Source: Felis catus
Lineage: Eukaryota
DNA: 64,000 nt
Reading direction: 5' to 3'
NCBI RefSeq assembly: GCF_018350175.1
Contig: NC_058368.1
Coordinates: 196,232,001 to 196,296,000, forward strand
The translations under genes were made by a program, and so were the position numbers. The notes beneath the pieces are model-generated. The model was not told the origin of the DNA. It saw only the letters and a program-made list of their open reading frames with translations, and searched no databases. This document shows positions 51,211-64,000 of this stretch, piece after piece (positions within the stretch are counted from its first letter, which is position 1; each line of letters opens with the position of its first letter).

Positions 51211-51804
51211 GGTGATGGGGTGACGGGGTGGTGTGAGGCCAGGTTGCTTTTGCCCCCTGAATCCACATAGGCCACCTCCATGGTCCCTGTCAGACACAGG
51301 GAGAGAGCCGGCCATTAGCCTCTGTTCCTCTCGTCCCTCTGGCTCTTGCTGCCCGGTGCTCTGCTCTCTTCTGAACATGCTTCCCTTCACCAGTGGGGAC
51401 TGGGGATGGGGCGAGCCAGGAAACAGGGTGGTCCAGCCAGCTCCCAGCAGAGCAGGACTATCACCTCCTTTGTTCAGAACTTCAGACTCCCATTAATACA
51501 GCCTCGGGGCACGTTTGCTATTTGTTTTATGTGTTAATTTCTAAAGCCCCATTAAGTTAAGTTGGCACCAGTGAGCTAGAGGCCTTGTGAGCCCTCTCCT
51601 AGCCTCTTTGTTCTTGTTCTTTGTTCTACCAGCAAAAGGCTGCAAACCAGGCCGGGCCAGGGTGATGCTCAAACCATGAGCTCAACTCCAATGCGGACTC
51701 AGAGAACCGCGCCACAAAGTGCTAGGACTAGAGGATAGTCGTGTGTGCTTCCCTGACTCAGGCAGAGCGGCGTGAGGAGGGAGGGGCTTCTTATGAGTCC
51801 CTTA

Positions 51805-51995
51805 ATAGTAATAATTGCCCATCAATGAACACGTACAGCGTGCCAGCTGCTGTACTCATCTGCTCCTCTCATGTAATCCTTAAACAGCCCTGGAAGTAGG
51901 GAATATTATGAACTGTATTTTGCGGATGAAGAAACTGAGGCACAGAGAAGTTAGGCTGCTCATCCAAAATCACACAGCCTATAGAGCATGGAGTT
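51805..51995 (-). mobile_element. MIR
   Basis: taatccttaaacagccctggaagtagg...attttgcggatgaagaaactgaggcacagagaagtta. Confidence 0.72.
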
Positions 51996-53519
51996 CCTCT
52001 CCTCTCCCCTGGACAATGACTGAGGTAGCTTCAGTGGTCACTAAAGGCTGTTGCAGCACCTTCACAAGTGGAAGCCACCTCCCGGGGAGGGCTAGAGGGC
52101 CTGGGCAGGGAGGTGGGGGTGCGGTCCTTCCCCCACTTCCCCACGGCGTCTGCCTCTCTTGCCTCTAGTGGTGTTCCGTGCCCAGCCCGCTCCCACCAGC
52201 TGTGCAGCCCCCGAGCACAGGCCTCTCTTCTCTGCCTCTGAATTGCAACCGTTGGCGGCAGGAGCGGGAAGCATTGTGCGCAGAAACAAAACTGAGTGGC
52301 TTTTCCTTTTTCTGAAGGTGGTAATGGTGCAATTAGTGGCTAAGCCATTACCCCTCCTCCCTAGCTCGCCTCCCCTCCTTCCCCTCGGCCTCCCTCCCAT
52401 TTCTCTCCTGGGAAGAAGTGGCTGCATCAGAGAGCTAACCCCATCATTCTCTCCCACCCCCAACTCCCGGGAAGAGGGGCAGAATTGTGGGAGAGGGGAC
52501 CCAGATGTCTCCCGGGGCCCCTGGACCTAAAGTAGTGAGTCAGGGACCCGCTAGGGCTGGGGATAACCGACAAGCAGACAACGTGTCCAGCAAGTGAGGT
52601 GACCAGTGAGGCAAGCTGGAGGCTCAGAGGGGTGGGGTAGAAACGAGGGTTTGGATCCTGGATCCTTTCATCCGACCTGTGCTCACTGTGGGCAAATGCT
52701 GGCAAGAGACCTCAGCCTGGTGGGCTGTGAAATGAGCTTGCGTGGAGGAGGTGGGTGTGAAATTCTGAGTCCAAGCTAGTGATGGGGGTGGTCATGGTCC
52801 TGCTTTAGACCTTCCTTTTCCTCTTCCAGAAACTAAAAACAGGCCTCATGTTTACATACTTCCCAAAGGCTTCCACAGCCCTTAGCCCACTCCTTCTTCA
52901 CAACCTTCCTCTACAGTGGCAGCTTTGTTCTGTTTTGTAGAAAGGGCGCTGGAGGCTCAGAGAGGGGCAGTGACTTTCCCAGGGTCACACAGCCAACAAA
53001 CGTCAGAGCGGGAGTTGAACCCAGATCCTGAACGCCAGTCCTTTTCCTTCCTAAACCCCCAGGGCTTGGGTGAGATCTTGGGGCCATAGATCTGGCTGCT
53101 GCCCTGAAGAATCAAACTTGGCAGGGAAAATGGGAATGAGGAAAAGGGAATGAGGATTTCAGGGCAGGCCCATGGCCACTCCCCTCCATGCCAGGCCATG
53201 CTTCCCTCCCCACTGCCCGCCTCTGCCTCTTTCACCTTGACTTAAAGCACAAGCAGAAACTGGGACGTGAGCCCCAGGAGGCCAGATCTCCATGGTCCCA
53301 CTGGGAACATGGGCTGGAGGAGAGGGGTGGGGATGAGCGGGCAGGCAAGGCAGTTCCCTCCAGAATCCGGATGTCTCCTCTGCATTTGTCCCCCAAGTTA
53401 GAGTGCCAGTGTGATGGACAGGGGTGGCAGAGAACGAGAGCAAATGGGGAAGACAGAGACAGAGGCCAAAACAAAATACAGAGGGGAGCAGAGAGATAGT
53501 TACAGACTACAGTGATCCA

Positions 53520-54279
<760 letters not shown>

Positions 54280-54533
54280 TGAGTTGCACCTCAGAGAGTT
54301 CTGGAGGGTGCAGGGGGTCAGCGTCACGGGCAGGGGGTGTGCACCTGCGTGCTTCCTGTGTACCCATAGGGAGGAAGTCTGCGTGTGTTTGGGGACGCTT
54401 GCCCGTGCAAAGTGCCCGGAGCTGGGTGTAGGCATGTTTGTGGGTGCACAGATGTGCCAAGGCCAGTCAGGTGAGTGTGTGTGTAGGGGTGAAAGGTGGA
54501 TGGTGCATGCCGGTGCACGCTTGCATGCACACG

Positions 54534-54535
<2 letters not shown>

Positions 54536-54565
<30 letters not shown>
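54536..54565. repeat. (CA)n microsatellite near the start of CAMK2A intron 1
   Basis: Directly visible. Confidence 0.93.
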
Positions 54566-54569
<4 letters not shown>

Positions 54570-57500
54570 TGGGGGCACATGACTGGGCACACACAGATTT
54601 TTAGAAACTCAGGGTTAAAAAGACATCTTCCCAGGCTGCTAAGTCCAGGGCTGGAACGCCCTGCCGACTTTCTCTTGAGGTGTTCATCTGGCCTCAACTT
54701 GGACACCTCTGATGGGAGAGAGTTCACCACCTCCCAGGCAGTCCTTTCTGACTTTAGGCACCAATGGTGACTGTGCAGAGTGGCCAACTTCTCCCTGAAA
54801 GCGCATCCCCTCCCCACCTTCCTCCTCCCAACTCCTCTTGGCGTGAGGGCACCGGTACAGCAGGGGTTAATAACCGAGGGACTGGTGAGGCTTCCTGGGT
54901 ATTGGGAGGTGGGGAGGGGCAATCAGGCAAGTGGGGCTGGGGGGGAGCACTACCATTTCAGGGGCTAGTGGTATACGGGCTCTGGTCCCTTGGCAAAGTT
55001 GTCCAGCTCCAGAGCTCATTTTATGCCTCCGATGACTGGCGGGGGGAGAAGGGTGGGAGCGTACGGGGGGAAAAGCCTCCTGGGGTGGCCCAGTAGGTCG
55101 TGGAGTGTCAGGGAAACACTCTGGCCCAGGGATGGATCAGGGTGGGGGTATAGTTTGGAGGCAGAGTTTGCCCCTTGGGCAAAGCAGCTCCAGCGCCCCG
55201 GGTGGTCCTTGCTGTGGCAGCAGGAGTGCAGGGGAGAGGGGCCCTGTGAGCAGATATGTGCCGGGGTGAGGTCCGGATGCGTGCACCCAGTGCACATTTT
55301 GGTGTGTGTTGTGTAAAGACTGACTCTGGGGTACACTTGCGTGCCCCGAGAGGGTAGGCAAGTGTTCACATGTGTGCAGCAGGAGGGGGTTGTGGGGTGT
55401 GCTTCGTGTGTAAGGCCGCCAAGAGTGGGCGCGTGCAGGTGGCCCAAGGGGTACCACTGGCTGATTTGCATGGGGGTGAAGGGGTGAATAGGTGTCACTG
55501 TGTGTGCCCGAGTGTGGCAGGTCAGAGCTACATGCACATCAGCAGGCAAACGTGCGTGGGGTCTGGGTGTGTGCAAACGTCCGTGTCTGTGTAAGGATGT
55601 CTGTGTCTGTGTAAGGATGCCCGTGTGGGCTTTGGGCACAGTGGTACCTCTCTGAGGTCTGGACACGCACATCCGGGTGTGGATGGGGGGCCACGCACAC
55701 GGAAAGGTTTATGTGCGTGCGTGCGAGGCCTGGGCCAAAGGCTCGGGTGGGAGTGTGGGTGTTGAAGGCATGTGTGAGCTTATGCTGGTGTCTGCATATG
55801 TGTGGGAGGTGGGCCTGTGGCTGTGTACGAGTAGGCTGCCTGCACATACACTCACATCCACATCCCAGGCTACCCCTCAGGTATGCCCCGGGGCCCTGTA
55901 CAGACACACACCCATGTGCAGATGTGTGCTCACTCTTGTCTGCAGACTTCCTGCGTTTCTGAGTGTGTTTTGAGCTGCTCCAGAGGACTGAAGCTGTCTG
56001 CTAAATGTGCGCAGGGCCCCTTCTCAGCCGGGCTCCGGTGCCCACGGGAGCCCAAGGATCCCCTGATTAGCTGGGATCTGCCTTGCAGGGCATGACCAAG
56101 GCTCGGCTCTGGGAGGACTGCGTCACAGGGTGCAGTGACATGGAGTTGAGATGTGACTCAGGCACTTAAAGTGAAAATAAAAGTGGTATTTTGCCCCGAG
56201 AGGAGATGGCTATCATGCAGACTGGGTGCTGTGGGGGCGACTTGGCCCAGGGAGCCTTCGGGAGCCTTCTCAGCCCCACTGCCGGCCAGGACCGGGGCAG
56301 GGGCAGGATTTCAGGGGACAGGGAGCCCTGGTGTGGCCACGGGAGGAGAACCGAGGGTGGCAGGCATGGCCAGGCCTTGTCTAATCCATTTCAGACCTCT
56401 CCCTTCTAGAACCATACGGGCTCCTAACCGTTTTTAGGTCTCATATGCCTCCAGGAATCTGACGAAAGTCTAAGTCTGCCTTCTCCAGAAGAAGGCGCAA
56501 ACCTACGAAATGTCGCATGCATTGTCGGGAGCTTGCAGGACATTAGGAAGGCTGTGATGGGCTTAGGGTTACCGATGCTTGTATCGGAAAGAGAATGAGG
56601 CTCCACACCTCTTTTAACCCATGGCTGGGTTAGAAACCCCGGGACATATTACTGAGCGGGTGGGGGCTTTGCTCCGCGCAGCAGCGTCAGGCCAGGCGCC
56701 CGGTGGGGCAGGTAGAGGTGGGCCCAGCACACGGCCCAGGCTCTGGATCTCACCATCCGTGGCTCTGCGACAGTGGCCAGACCACAGCCCCCTGTAGTCT
56801 GGAGATAAAAAAAAAAAAAAAAAAAAAGGCTGTGGTGGTGAAATAAGATGGCACGCGTGAAGATGTGGCCTGGCACCCAGTGCGCCATCAGCAGGGGCTG
56901 CTGCCGGAATCATTGTTGCCCTCAAAGGCTGGGCAGGCTGGAGCCCTCGGCCGGGGCCTGCCACATGTTTACCTTCTGTCTGGAGTTTGCCCAGCTTGGG
57001 GGAGGGGCCTGACCAAGCTCCTCTTCTGCTGGGAGAAGCGAGGAAGACGCCTGCAGGGCCCGGCCTTGGATGCTTGACCCACAGTCCCTGCCAGCTGGGA
57101 CACTGCGGTCACCATGCAGGAGCTGAGTCCCTTATTCCAAGATCCCGGTTCAGATCACTGGCAGGGGGCCTTGGAGAGGCAGCTGGGTTGGCCCTGCGAG
57201 GGGACATGGGAGCCTTTGGACCTCCCGCAGGGCCCTGGGCTGCCCAGCTGGAGAGGAGGGCGTGTGCCTCTCGAGGGCTTCCTGGCGCCCTACTCGGTGA
57301 GGACTGGCTTATGATGCAGGCCTTCTAGGAGCCCAGGATGGGGTGGGCTACGGATGTAAGAGAAGCTGTCTCTCTCCCACCTGGCGGTCAGTCAGCTGGG
57401 TGGGGTGCGGTCTGGGCAGAGCTCTCAGCAGAGCCTGACTTCTGGGAAGACCACGATCGGGGCAAGGGGTCAGGTTCCAGGAGGCCGGGAAAGGAGGATG

Positions 57501-60220
57501 TCTCTTCCAGCCGTTGACATTCTCTGGGCTTTGGAATCCCACTTCTAGGAGAGGTTAGGGAGGCAGAGAATTGCTCTGCAGCCGTCCAGAAAGAGCTTCC
57601 GAAGGAGATTTTACTTGAGAGAGGGAGAGGGAGGGAGACTGGAGAGAGAGCACAGCCCAGTCTTTCTCTAGAAACTGGGATCCGAAATTGACTCAAGGGC
57701 AGTATTGGGCGGAGGGAGGGGCTCCAGGGGCCAGCCAGGTCGGCAGAGGGACGGACCAGAGCTAGCTCCGGAGCCCCCTGCCCGCTCTTACCCCCACAGC
57801 TGTGTATCAGGAGCTGGGCTTGGGCCGGGCTGACCAGTGGGGGACATGGGGCCTAGAGGCTGCTCCCCACACTGGGGGGCCAGCATCCTGGGTGCTTAGG
57901 ATCCCGCGTGACATGCAAGCTCTAACGTCTGCCAGTGTGCTCCACAATCCCATCCTTCCCCGGCTGAGCTGTTAGGAGCCTCAATGGGGTAATGTTGGGG
58001 AGAGGAAACACCTGGCCGTCCATACACCACCCAAAGATGGAGGTACACTTGCATTTTGCTTCGCATAACCTCATATTCACAGCGCTTTGGGGCCGGTGAA
58101 GCACCTCTCCAGCCATTAGCTCGTCTCTGAGGGAGGCAGAGGGCTTACTCACCCACCTGCCGGATGAGCAGACCGAGGCTTGAGAAGGTGGAATGGCCGC
58201 TGTGCCGGTGTCTGGCACCCGGGACATGGTGGGGAGACGGTTCATGATAGGGACCCCTCTCGCTGCTGTGTCGGGGCAATGCTCCCAGGGAAGAGGGGCC
58301 ACGACCTTCTGGGTACGAGAACGCCGAGCTGAGGCTTATGTTCAAACACGATTCTGCCTCGAATTTACCGGGCCACCCTGTGTGGATCCCTGGTCCTTTG
58401 TGAGCCCCAACTTTACCATCTGTAAAATGGGGATCAGAATAATTCTGCAGATGCGGAAATGCCCCATGAGAGGTATTGCCCTCTGTAGCTTCCCTCTGTG
58501 GGGGTCACACATGGGAAATTTCAGACTCAAAGAACATCAGAACTGGAAGGACCGTCCACACTCGCTATTTATAACCTAGATGGCGGGACCAACACCCAGA
58601 GAGCAATAGCCCAAGGCCACAGGGAGAGGCAGTAGCAAAGCCAAGGTAGGGGACCAGATCGTTCTCAGGGGCCAAAAGCCAAGGATGGGAAATTGGAGGG
58701 GGGGGGGCAGGTCTTCAAGGTGGGGAGGGGTGACGGGAACAGGGAAAGGGACAGACTTTCCTTCCTCCCCCTCCGAGCCATCCGAGCGGCAGGCACGCAC
58801 ATGTTCTGGTGCATGCCGCAGCCCTCCACCCCCGCACAGCCACCCCCACACAGGCTGAGACACACTGACACTCTGCTGAGCCTCCCTCCTGCCCGCCTGC
58901 CTCCCTGCACAAGCACACAGTGACACTGCTGCCAGCACCCCTGCAGTCTGGGGCCCCGGCCCTCAGTGGGGTGAGGACAGAGCCTTGGAATGCAATGCCT
59001 GCATCCGGTTACACGCGCACGCGCGCGCACACACACGCACACACCGGTTCCAAGAGGGCATCCAGCCCAGGTCTACCTCCCAGCGCAGGGGGAGCAAGAT
59101 GATGCTGGCTGCGCTCCTGGGCTCCCCCGCCCTGCCCTTCCCTCTCCTAGTGCAGGCCCCTTTGCCACGGTCCACCCTCTCCAGCATGCATGTTGCCCAT
59201 GTTGCATTCTGAGCTTCTGAGCTTCTCTGGGGCACAGTAGGAAGCCTGCGTCCCTGGCCAGGCTGACGCAGCCCCCAGAGGCCCAGCCCAGGCCCTCCAG
59301 CCCCTTTTGGGGCGTGGCTGGCCCCAAAGTGTCAGGTGAGGCCCCTGGAACTTTCCTTGTCGGAGAAGGTTGAGGGCCTTGGGGTCGCGTAAAAGGAGAA
59401 ACATGTCTATGACTCTTGCCTCCCGGCAACAGGTATTTCCTGAGCACACACTCAATCCCACTCAGAGTACTGGAGTGAGGAGTGCTCCTTTGTCTTACGG
59501 ATAGGGAACCAAGGCCCAGAGAGGGCCAGGGCCTTGCCCAAGGTCGCACAGGCCAATGGCACACAAGAATAGGGCACTCCAGCCTCTTTCTTGTCTGGTG
59601 CTTGGCTCTAGTGTCTCTCTCTGAACTTCTAGAAGGCTTCAGGGTGTGCAGGTGGATGGAGCCTGAGGAGGAAGCAGGCCCTCATCATCCCCCCTGCTTC
59701 TGTCCGTTCAGGTCCTCTCTCCAAGGTCTGTGAATATTGTTCTATTTCCCTTTTTGTAACCCATTCAAGAAAACCCATGCACAGCCAAAACAAGGAATAT
59801 GTTAGGACTTCTGTTGGTTCACTGTTCCCTGTGGCAAACAGAATCTTCTGGTTCCCAGACCTTCTGTGTCCCCCACAAGACTTCTGCTGGGTTGGCATGG
59901 GGCAGGCCTGTGGGGTGTGGGACAGCTCGACGACACTGAGTCCCTGGCAGCGGGTGGCTGCAGCCCAGGATGGGAGGAGGGAGATGTAAGGTTTCAGTAA
60001 TAAGGTCCTAGAATTTTCTGGCTGCGAAATGCTATAGTCTGTGGGGTTCTGGGCCGAGCTGCTGTAGCGAACTGGGGAGAAGAGAGAGAACACCAAACAA
60101 ATGGGGCCCCTAGGCCCAAAGCCCCTATCTCCTCTGATCTATTTGCCACTGGGAGACCTGCATAGCTGTGTTTTGTTTGTTATTTTAAAAGGGCATCGTG
60201 GCTTAAAAAGAAATAACTAA

Positions 60221-60450
60221 GGGGCGCCTGGGTGGCTCAGTCGGTTAAGCGTCCAACTTCGGCCCAGGTCACGATCTTGCAGTTCGTGGGTTCGAGCCCC
60301 ACGTCGGGCTCTGTGCTGACAGTTCAGAGCCTGGAGCCTGTTTCAGATTCTGTGTCTCCTTCTCTCTCTGTTCCTCCCCTGCTCATGCTCTGTCTCTCTC
60401 TCTCTCAAAAATAAATAAAGATTAGAAAATAATTATAATAATAATAAAAA
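60221..60450 (+). mobile_element. CAN-SINE in CAMK2A intron 1, sense orientation
   Basis: GGGGCGCCTGGGTGGCTCAGTCGGTTAAGCG head, (CT)n, AATAAA-containing tail. Confidence 0.92.
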
Positions 60451-62849
60451 GAACTAAGAAGAAAGAAAGAGCGGGTTTAACAATGATCGACAGTTGACTT
60501 CACGGATAGGCAAACTGAGGCCCCAAAAGGTGAAGGGATTTGTTTAAAGCACTCGAAGGGGTTATTACGGAAACAGGATATCCCTTTTGTTTCTCGACAG
60601 ATCTGACCCCAGCTTTTTAACTGGTCTGGAAATCTAGGAGCCCTCAGAGACTCTCATACGACTCCCTGGCACTTTCCTAGAAAAACGCTTCACTACAACC
60701 CACTGCAAGGGTGTATTATTTCTCAAAGATCCCTCTGCCCTAAAGTCCATCTGTGGACCCAAGGTGAGGGCCACCTCTAATCTGAGAATGTGGGGTATTG
60801 GAGAGAGCAACCGACAAGGAGTCAGGAGTCCTGGGTTCAAGGGCTTGACCTCAGTTTCTACATCTGTGGAATGGGGAAAAAGTCGACGTCACTGGGAAGA
60901 TATCACTGGGCACACCAGCTCCTGATGCGGTCACATGTGGCCCACCCCGTGGCCCCTCTGATGGCCAGACATTCTGACTCCGTCTGCTCGGGCATCCATA
61001 CCCCCAGGCCTTCCTCTCTGCTGAGTGATCAGATCAGCTAACTTGGGCTGTGAGTTACCACAGGTTCCGGACGCTGATGCTCTGACAGATAACGGTTCCT
61101 GTTGACCTAGAACTTTCTGGAATCACCCCAGCTCATCTCAGAGAAGTGGAATGCTTAGGTATTTTAACTGAGGGTGAGGAGACTTTCCCGAGGAGACTGG
61201 ACTTTGATTATGAGTTGCCTGTCACGTAGCATCCAAGCAACATGATGAATAGCTAGAAACTCGGGACTGAAATTCTGGAGGCAGGAGGGGCTATACAGAA
61301 GCAGGTTTCAATCTTGCATGATGGTCAGTGGCTTTTACCATCTGCAGGGGTGGTGGGGTCACAGATCCTTTGTGAAGCTGATGGAAGATATGCATCCTCT
61401 GCCCAGGATAATACGCAGACACAGAGTCATTTTGTTTAAATTTTATGTGTGCTCATGACCGCCCAGACCCTCCCCAGAGATCCCAGCTGATGGCCCGGTG
61501 GAGGGGCTGGAGGGAGGTGGTAAGAGGACGGTGGAGAGAGAACGGGGAGAAATGATCTGGGGGGAGATGAGCAGGGGAAGGCACTGGCAGCAGGGCAAGG
61601 TCCCAGGGAGAGTGCAGCCACCTAGAAACAAAAAGGGAGGTGGGCCAGATGTCGCCTGGTGTGGGACAGGCAAGGGGGAGCAGGCCCACTGGGGCTGCAG
61701 GGGCGGGGGGGAGGGGCACTGGGTGGGCGGGCCTGGCACAGCTTTTTCCAGGGAGCCCGGGGGTGGGCACCAGATTGTGGTGGGTTCATGGAGTGTGGGA
61801 GGTGGAAAGAGGAGGCAGCGGATGTCGGACACTTGTTCTGGAAGTTTGGCAGCAAAGAGGGAGGAAGGAAATGGCCCAAGCTGTTGGGTCGAGAGAGAAG
61901 TTCTTGGTTTTCAATTTAAAAATTGGGGGGGGGGAGCAGGATGGTTATTTATTTTTCCAGAATAAGGGAGACCTGTTGTGTGTTTGAGGAAGCAGCCAGT
62001 GAACAGAAGACCCTAGTACTTGTCGGGACCCCTGACAATCAGACCCCCTAAGGAGTCCAGAGTAGAGGGGGGTGCGGGTTCTGTGACTGTGCTGTTTCCA
62101 GAAGGCCCCCAGAAACTGTCTTCTGTCTGCTGAGACCCACGGGCACGCCCTGGGCTCTGGGCAGCTCGGGGTAAAGGTGGGGAGGTTTACTTTAGAGGAA
62201 GTTGTTTTGGTAGCAGGAGCCTCTCCCCATCCCTGTGTAGGAGAGACTTCTCCCAAATGGCCCAGGGGGAAGTGTGACTGCGGGTCCTCATCCCCATCTT
62301 TCAAATGGGGAAACTGAGGCCCAGAGGATAAGAAGCTGGTAGCCAAGCTGGGCGAGGCCCCAGGTCTCTCAAGCCCCCCCTCGAATGCTCCCCGTGCTCA
62401 CCTGGCTTCAACGTCAGCATTCCGGGCTGGTTCAGGCGAGGGAGAGTGGTGAGCCCCCGGTGGGCTGACAGCCAGCAACTCCCAGGACACCGAGCCTGCC
62501 AGGCAGCCAGAAAGCAATTTCCCAGTGTGAATCTTGCTTTTCACGGCCCATTAGCACGTTCCCACATTCTCAGCCATGCTGGACCCACTCTCACCGTGCC
62601 CTCTCCATCTGTCTGTTGGAGAGCAGGGCCTCCCTGCCTGCCTGTGCCCCCCCCCCACCCCCCCCCCCCGCCCCCACAGGGGCACGCTGCTCTGCCCTGG
62701 GGAGCAGCCCTTCCCCTCCTCACCGTGGCCCCCACAACCTCTTCTCCTGACTTCCTCCTTCTCTGAGCTTGGCAAACGGGGTCCATTTTGTTTCTGATGA
62801 AGCCAGCTGTTCTCATCACTTCGTAGATAATGATGCCTATAAAAGGCGA

Positions 62850-63060
62850 CGTTTCTTGAGCATTTACTAGACTCCAGGGACTGTGCTAAAGCTATTGCAT
62901 ACCTTATTATCTCATTGAATCCTTGAAACAACTGCACAGGGTGAGTACTATTCCTGGCTACACTTTACAGGGGAGGAAACAGGCTTAGTGAGGTTAAGGG
63001 GCTTGCTGGTGAGTGGCGGCACCGTGATTTGAACTCTGGTTGGTCTGGTTCGGGAATGCC
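62850..63060 (-). mobile_element. MIR
   Basis: ttgagcatttac...atctcattgaatcctt...tttacaggggaggaaacaggcttagtgaggttaag. Confidence 0.72.
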
Positions 63061-63071
63061 TGTTCTTCTAG

Positions 63072-63255
63072 AACTTCGCCATCCAACACGGTGGTCACTA
63101 GCCACGTATAGCTGTTTGAATGAAATAAAAAATTCCGTTCTTCAGTCCTCCGAGCCGCATTGCAAGTGCTCTATGAGCATATGAAGCTAGCGGCTGCCAC
63201 GTTGGACGACACGGAATATTTCCACCATCCCAGAACATTCTGTTGGACGGTGCTG
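63072..63255 (-). mobile_element. MER3-like hAT remnant
   Basis: tccaacacggtggtcactagccacgt...gccacgttggac...tttccaccatcccagaacattctgttggacggtgctg. Confidence 0.65.
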
Positions 63256-64000
63256 GTGTAGAATATTAAAGATGGCGAGGGCTCTGTGCTATTTCGCCTC
63301 ATCCACACCCCAACTCCCGTGCTGCAGATAAAGAAGGGGAGGCCTGTGTTGGGGCAGACCCCTGCCCAAGACCTCCCAGCAGGGCTGAGAGCTGCGATTC
63401 TGTCCCTTCTGGGTCTGTCTGTCTCACAGACACACCCCTCCCTGACCACGTTCTGTGACCTGCTTTCCCTTCCTCTCGGGACCCCTGGTCACTCCCTTCC
63501 ACGCTGACCTCCCCATCTTGGCCTCCTCCCCTCTCTGCCCTGTCCTGTTTCCAAGCTCCTGCCCATCGACCTGCCGGCCGGATATGATTAATTCCCACTT
63601 TACAGGGCTGCTGTGTTCAAGAAGGAGCTTAGTGGTGCACATGCATTTGAAAGGAGGATGCCTTCTGGGTACGTGGGAGGCTGGTGCCCTCTGGACCAGT
63701 AGCTCTGAACTGGTTTTGATAAACTCCTCCCTCTGAGCTGCTGCTAAAAGCTGTGCATCCTTGCCCCAGAAAAAAATGCACATACCTACTTTCAGAGGCG
63801 CAGGATGTCCTTCAGGGGGTACATGGCCCCTGCAGCAGCCCTCCCCCTGTTAGAACCTAGTTAGGACCCCCAGCTAGAAGCTGAGACTTACCCAAAAGCT
63901 TGGCGCTGTGTTCCAGGGAGGAAGTTTAGCGAATGTGCCTTCTACTGTTTTATAGCTGTGGCTCCTAGGTTCTCAGCTCCTGAGGCAGAGCCCAGGTTCA

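Noticed and set aside
56445..56552. Hammerhead-ribozyme-like CTGACGA...GAAA with a possible stem III (tgtc/gaca)
   Set aside because: Stem I and the stem II closing pair do not form. The region resembles an old DNA-transposon remnant also seen at about 9880-10050 and 61340-61450. An Infernal search with Rfam hammerhead models would settle it.

Overview
Mammalian, very probably felid (cat-like), genomic DNA: it carries many tRNA-derived CAN-SINEs of the SINEC_Fc type. About 1-40.8 kb is repeat-rich intergenic sequence (MIR, L2, old L1, MLT1 LTRs, hAT MER elements, CAN-SINEs) with a few enhancer-like islands. The complete two-exon coding sequence of ARSI (arylsulfatase I; + strand, 41564-41877 joined to 45223-46630, 573 aa) follows, with a CpG-island promoter. 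Downstream are the promoter and first coding exon of CAMK2A (54217-54278) and about 10 kb of its intron 1. I found no unknown protein-coding system; the other ORFs look spurious. The most interesting signals are non-coding: five RFX X-box palindromes clustered in the CAMK2A promoter, a strong-Kozak uORF and tandem ATGs ahead of ARSI, a young SINE pile-up at 24.1-24.95 kb that forms a near-perfect inverted repeat and includes a chimeric insertion, and several dense transcription-factor motif clusters. Repeat family names and cross-species comparisons come from recognition or memory, not database searches.
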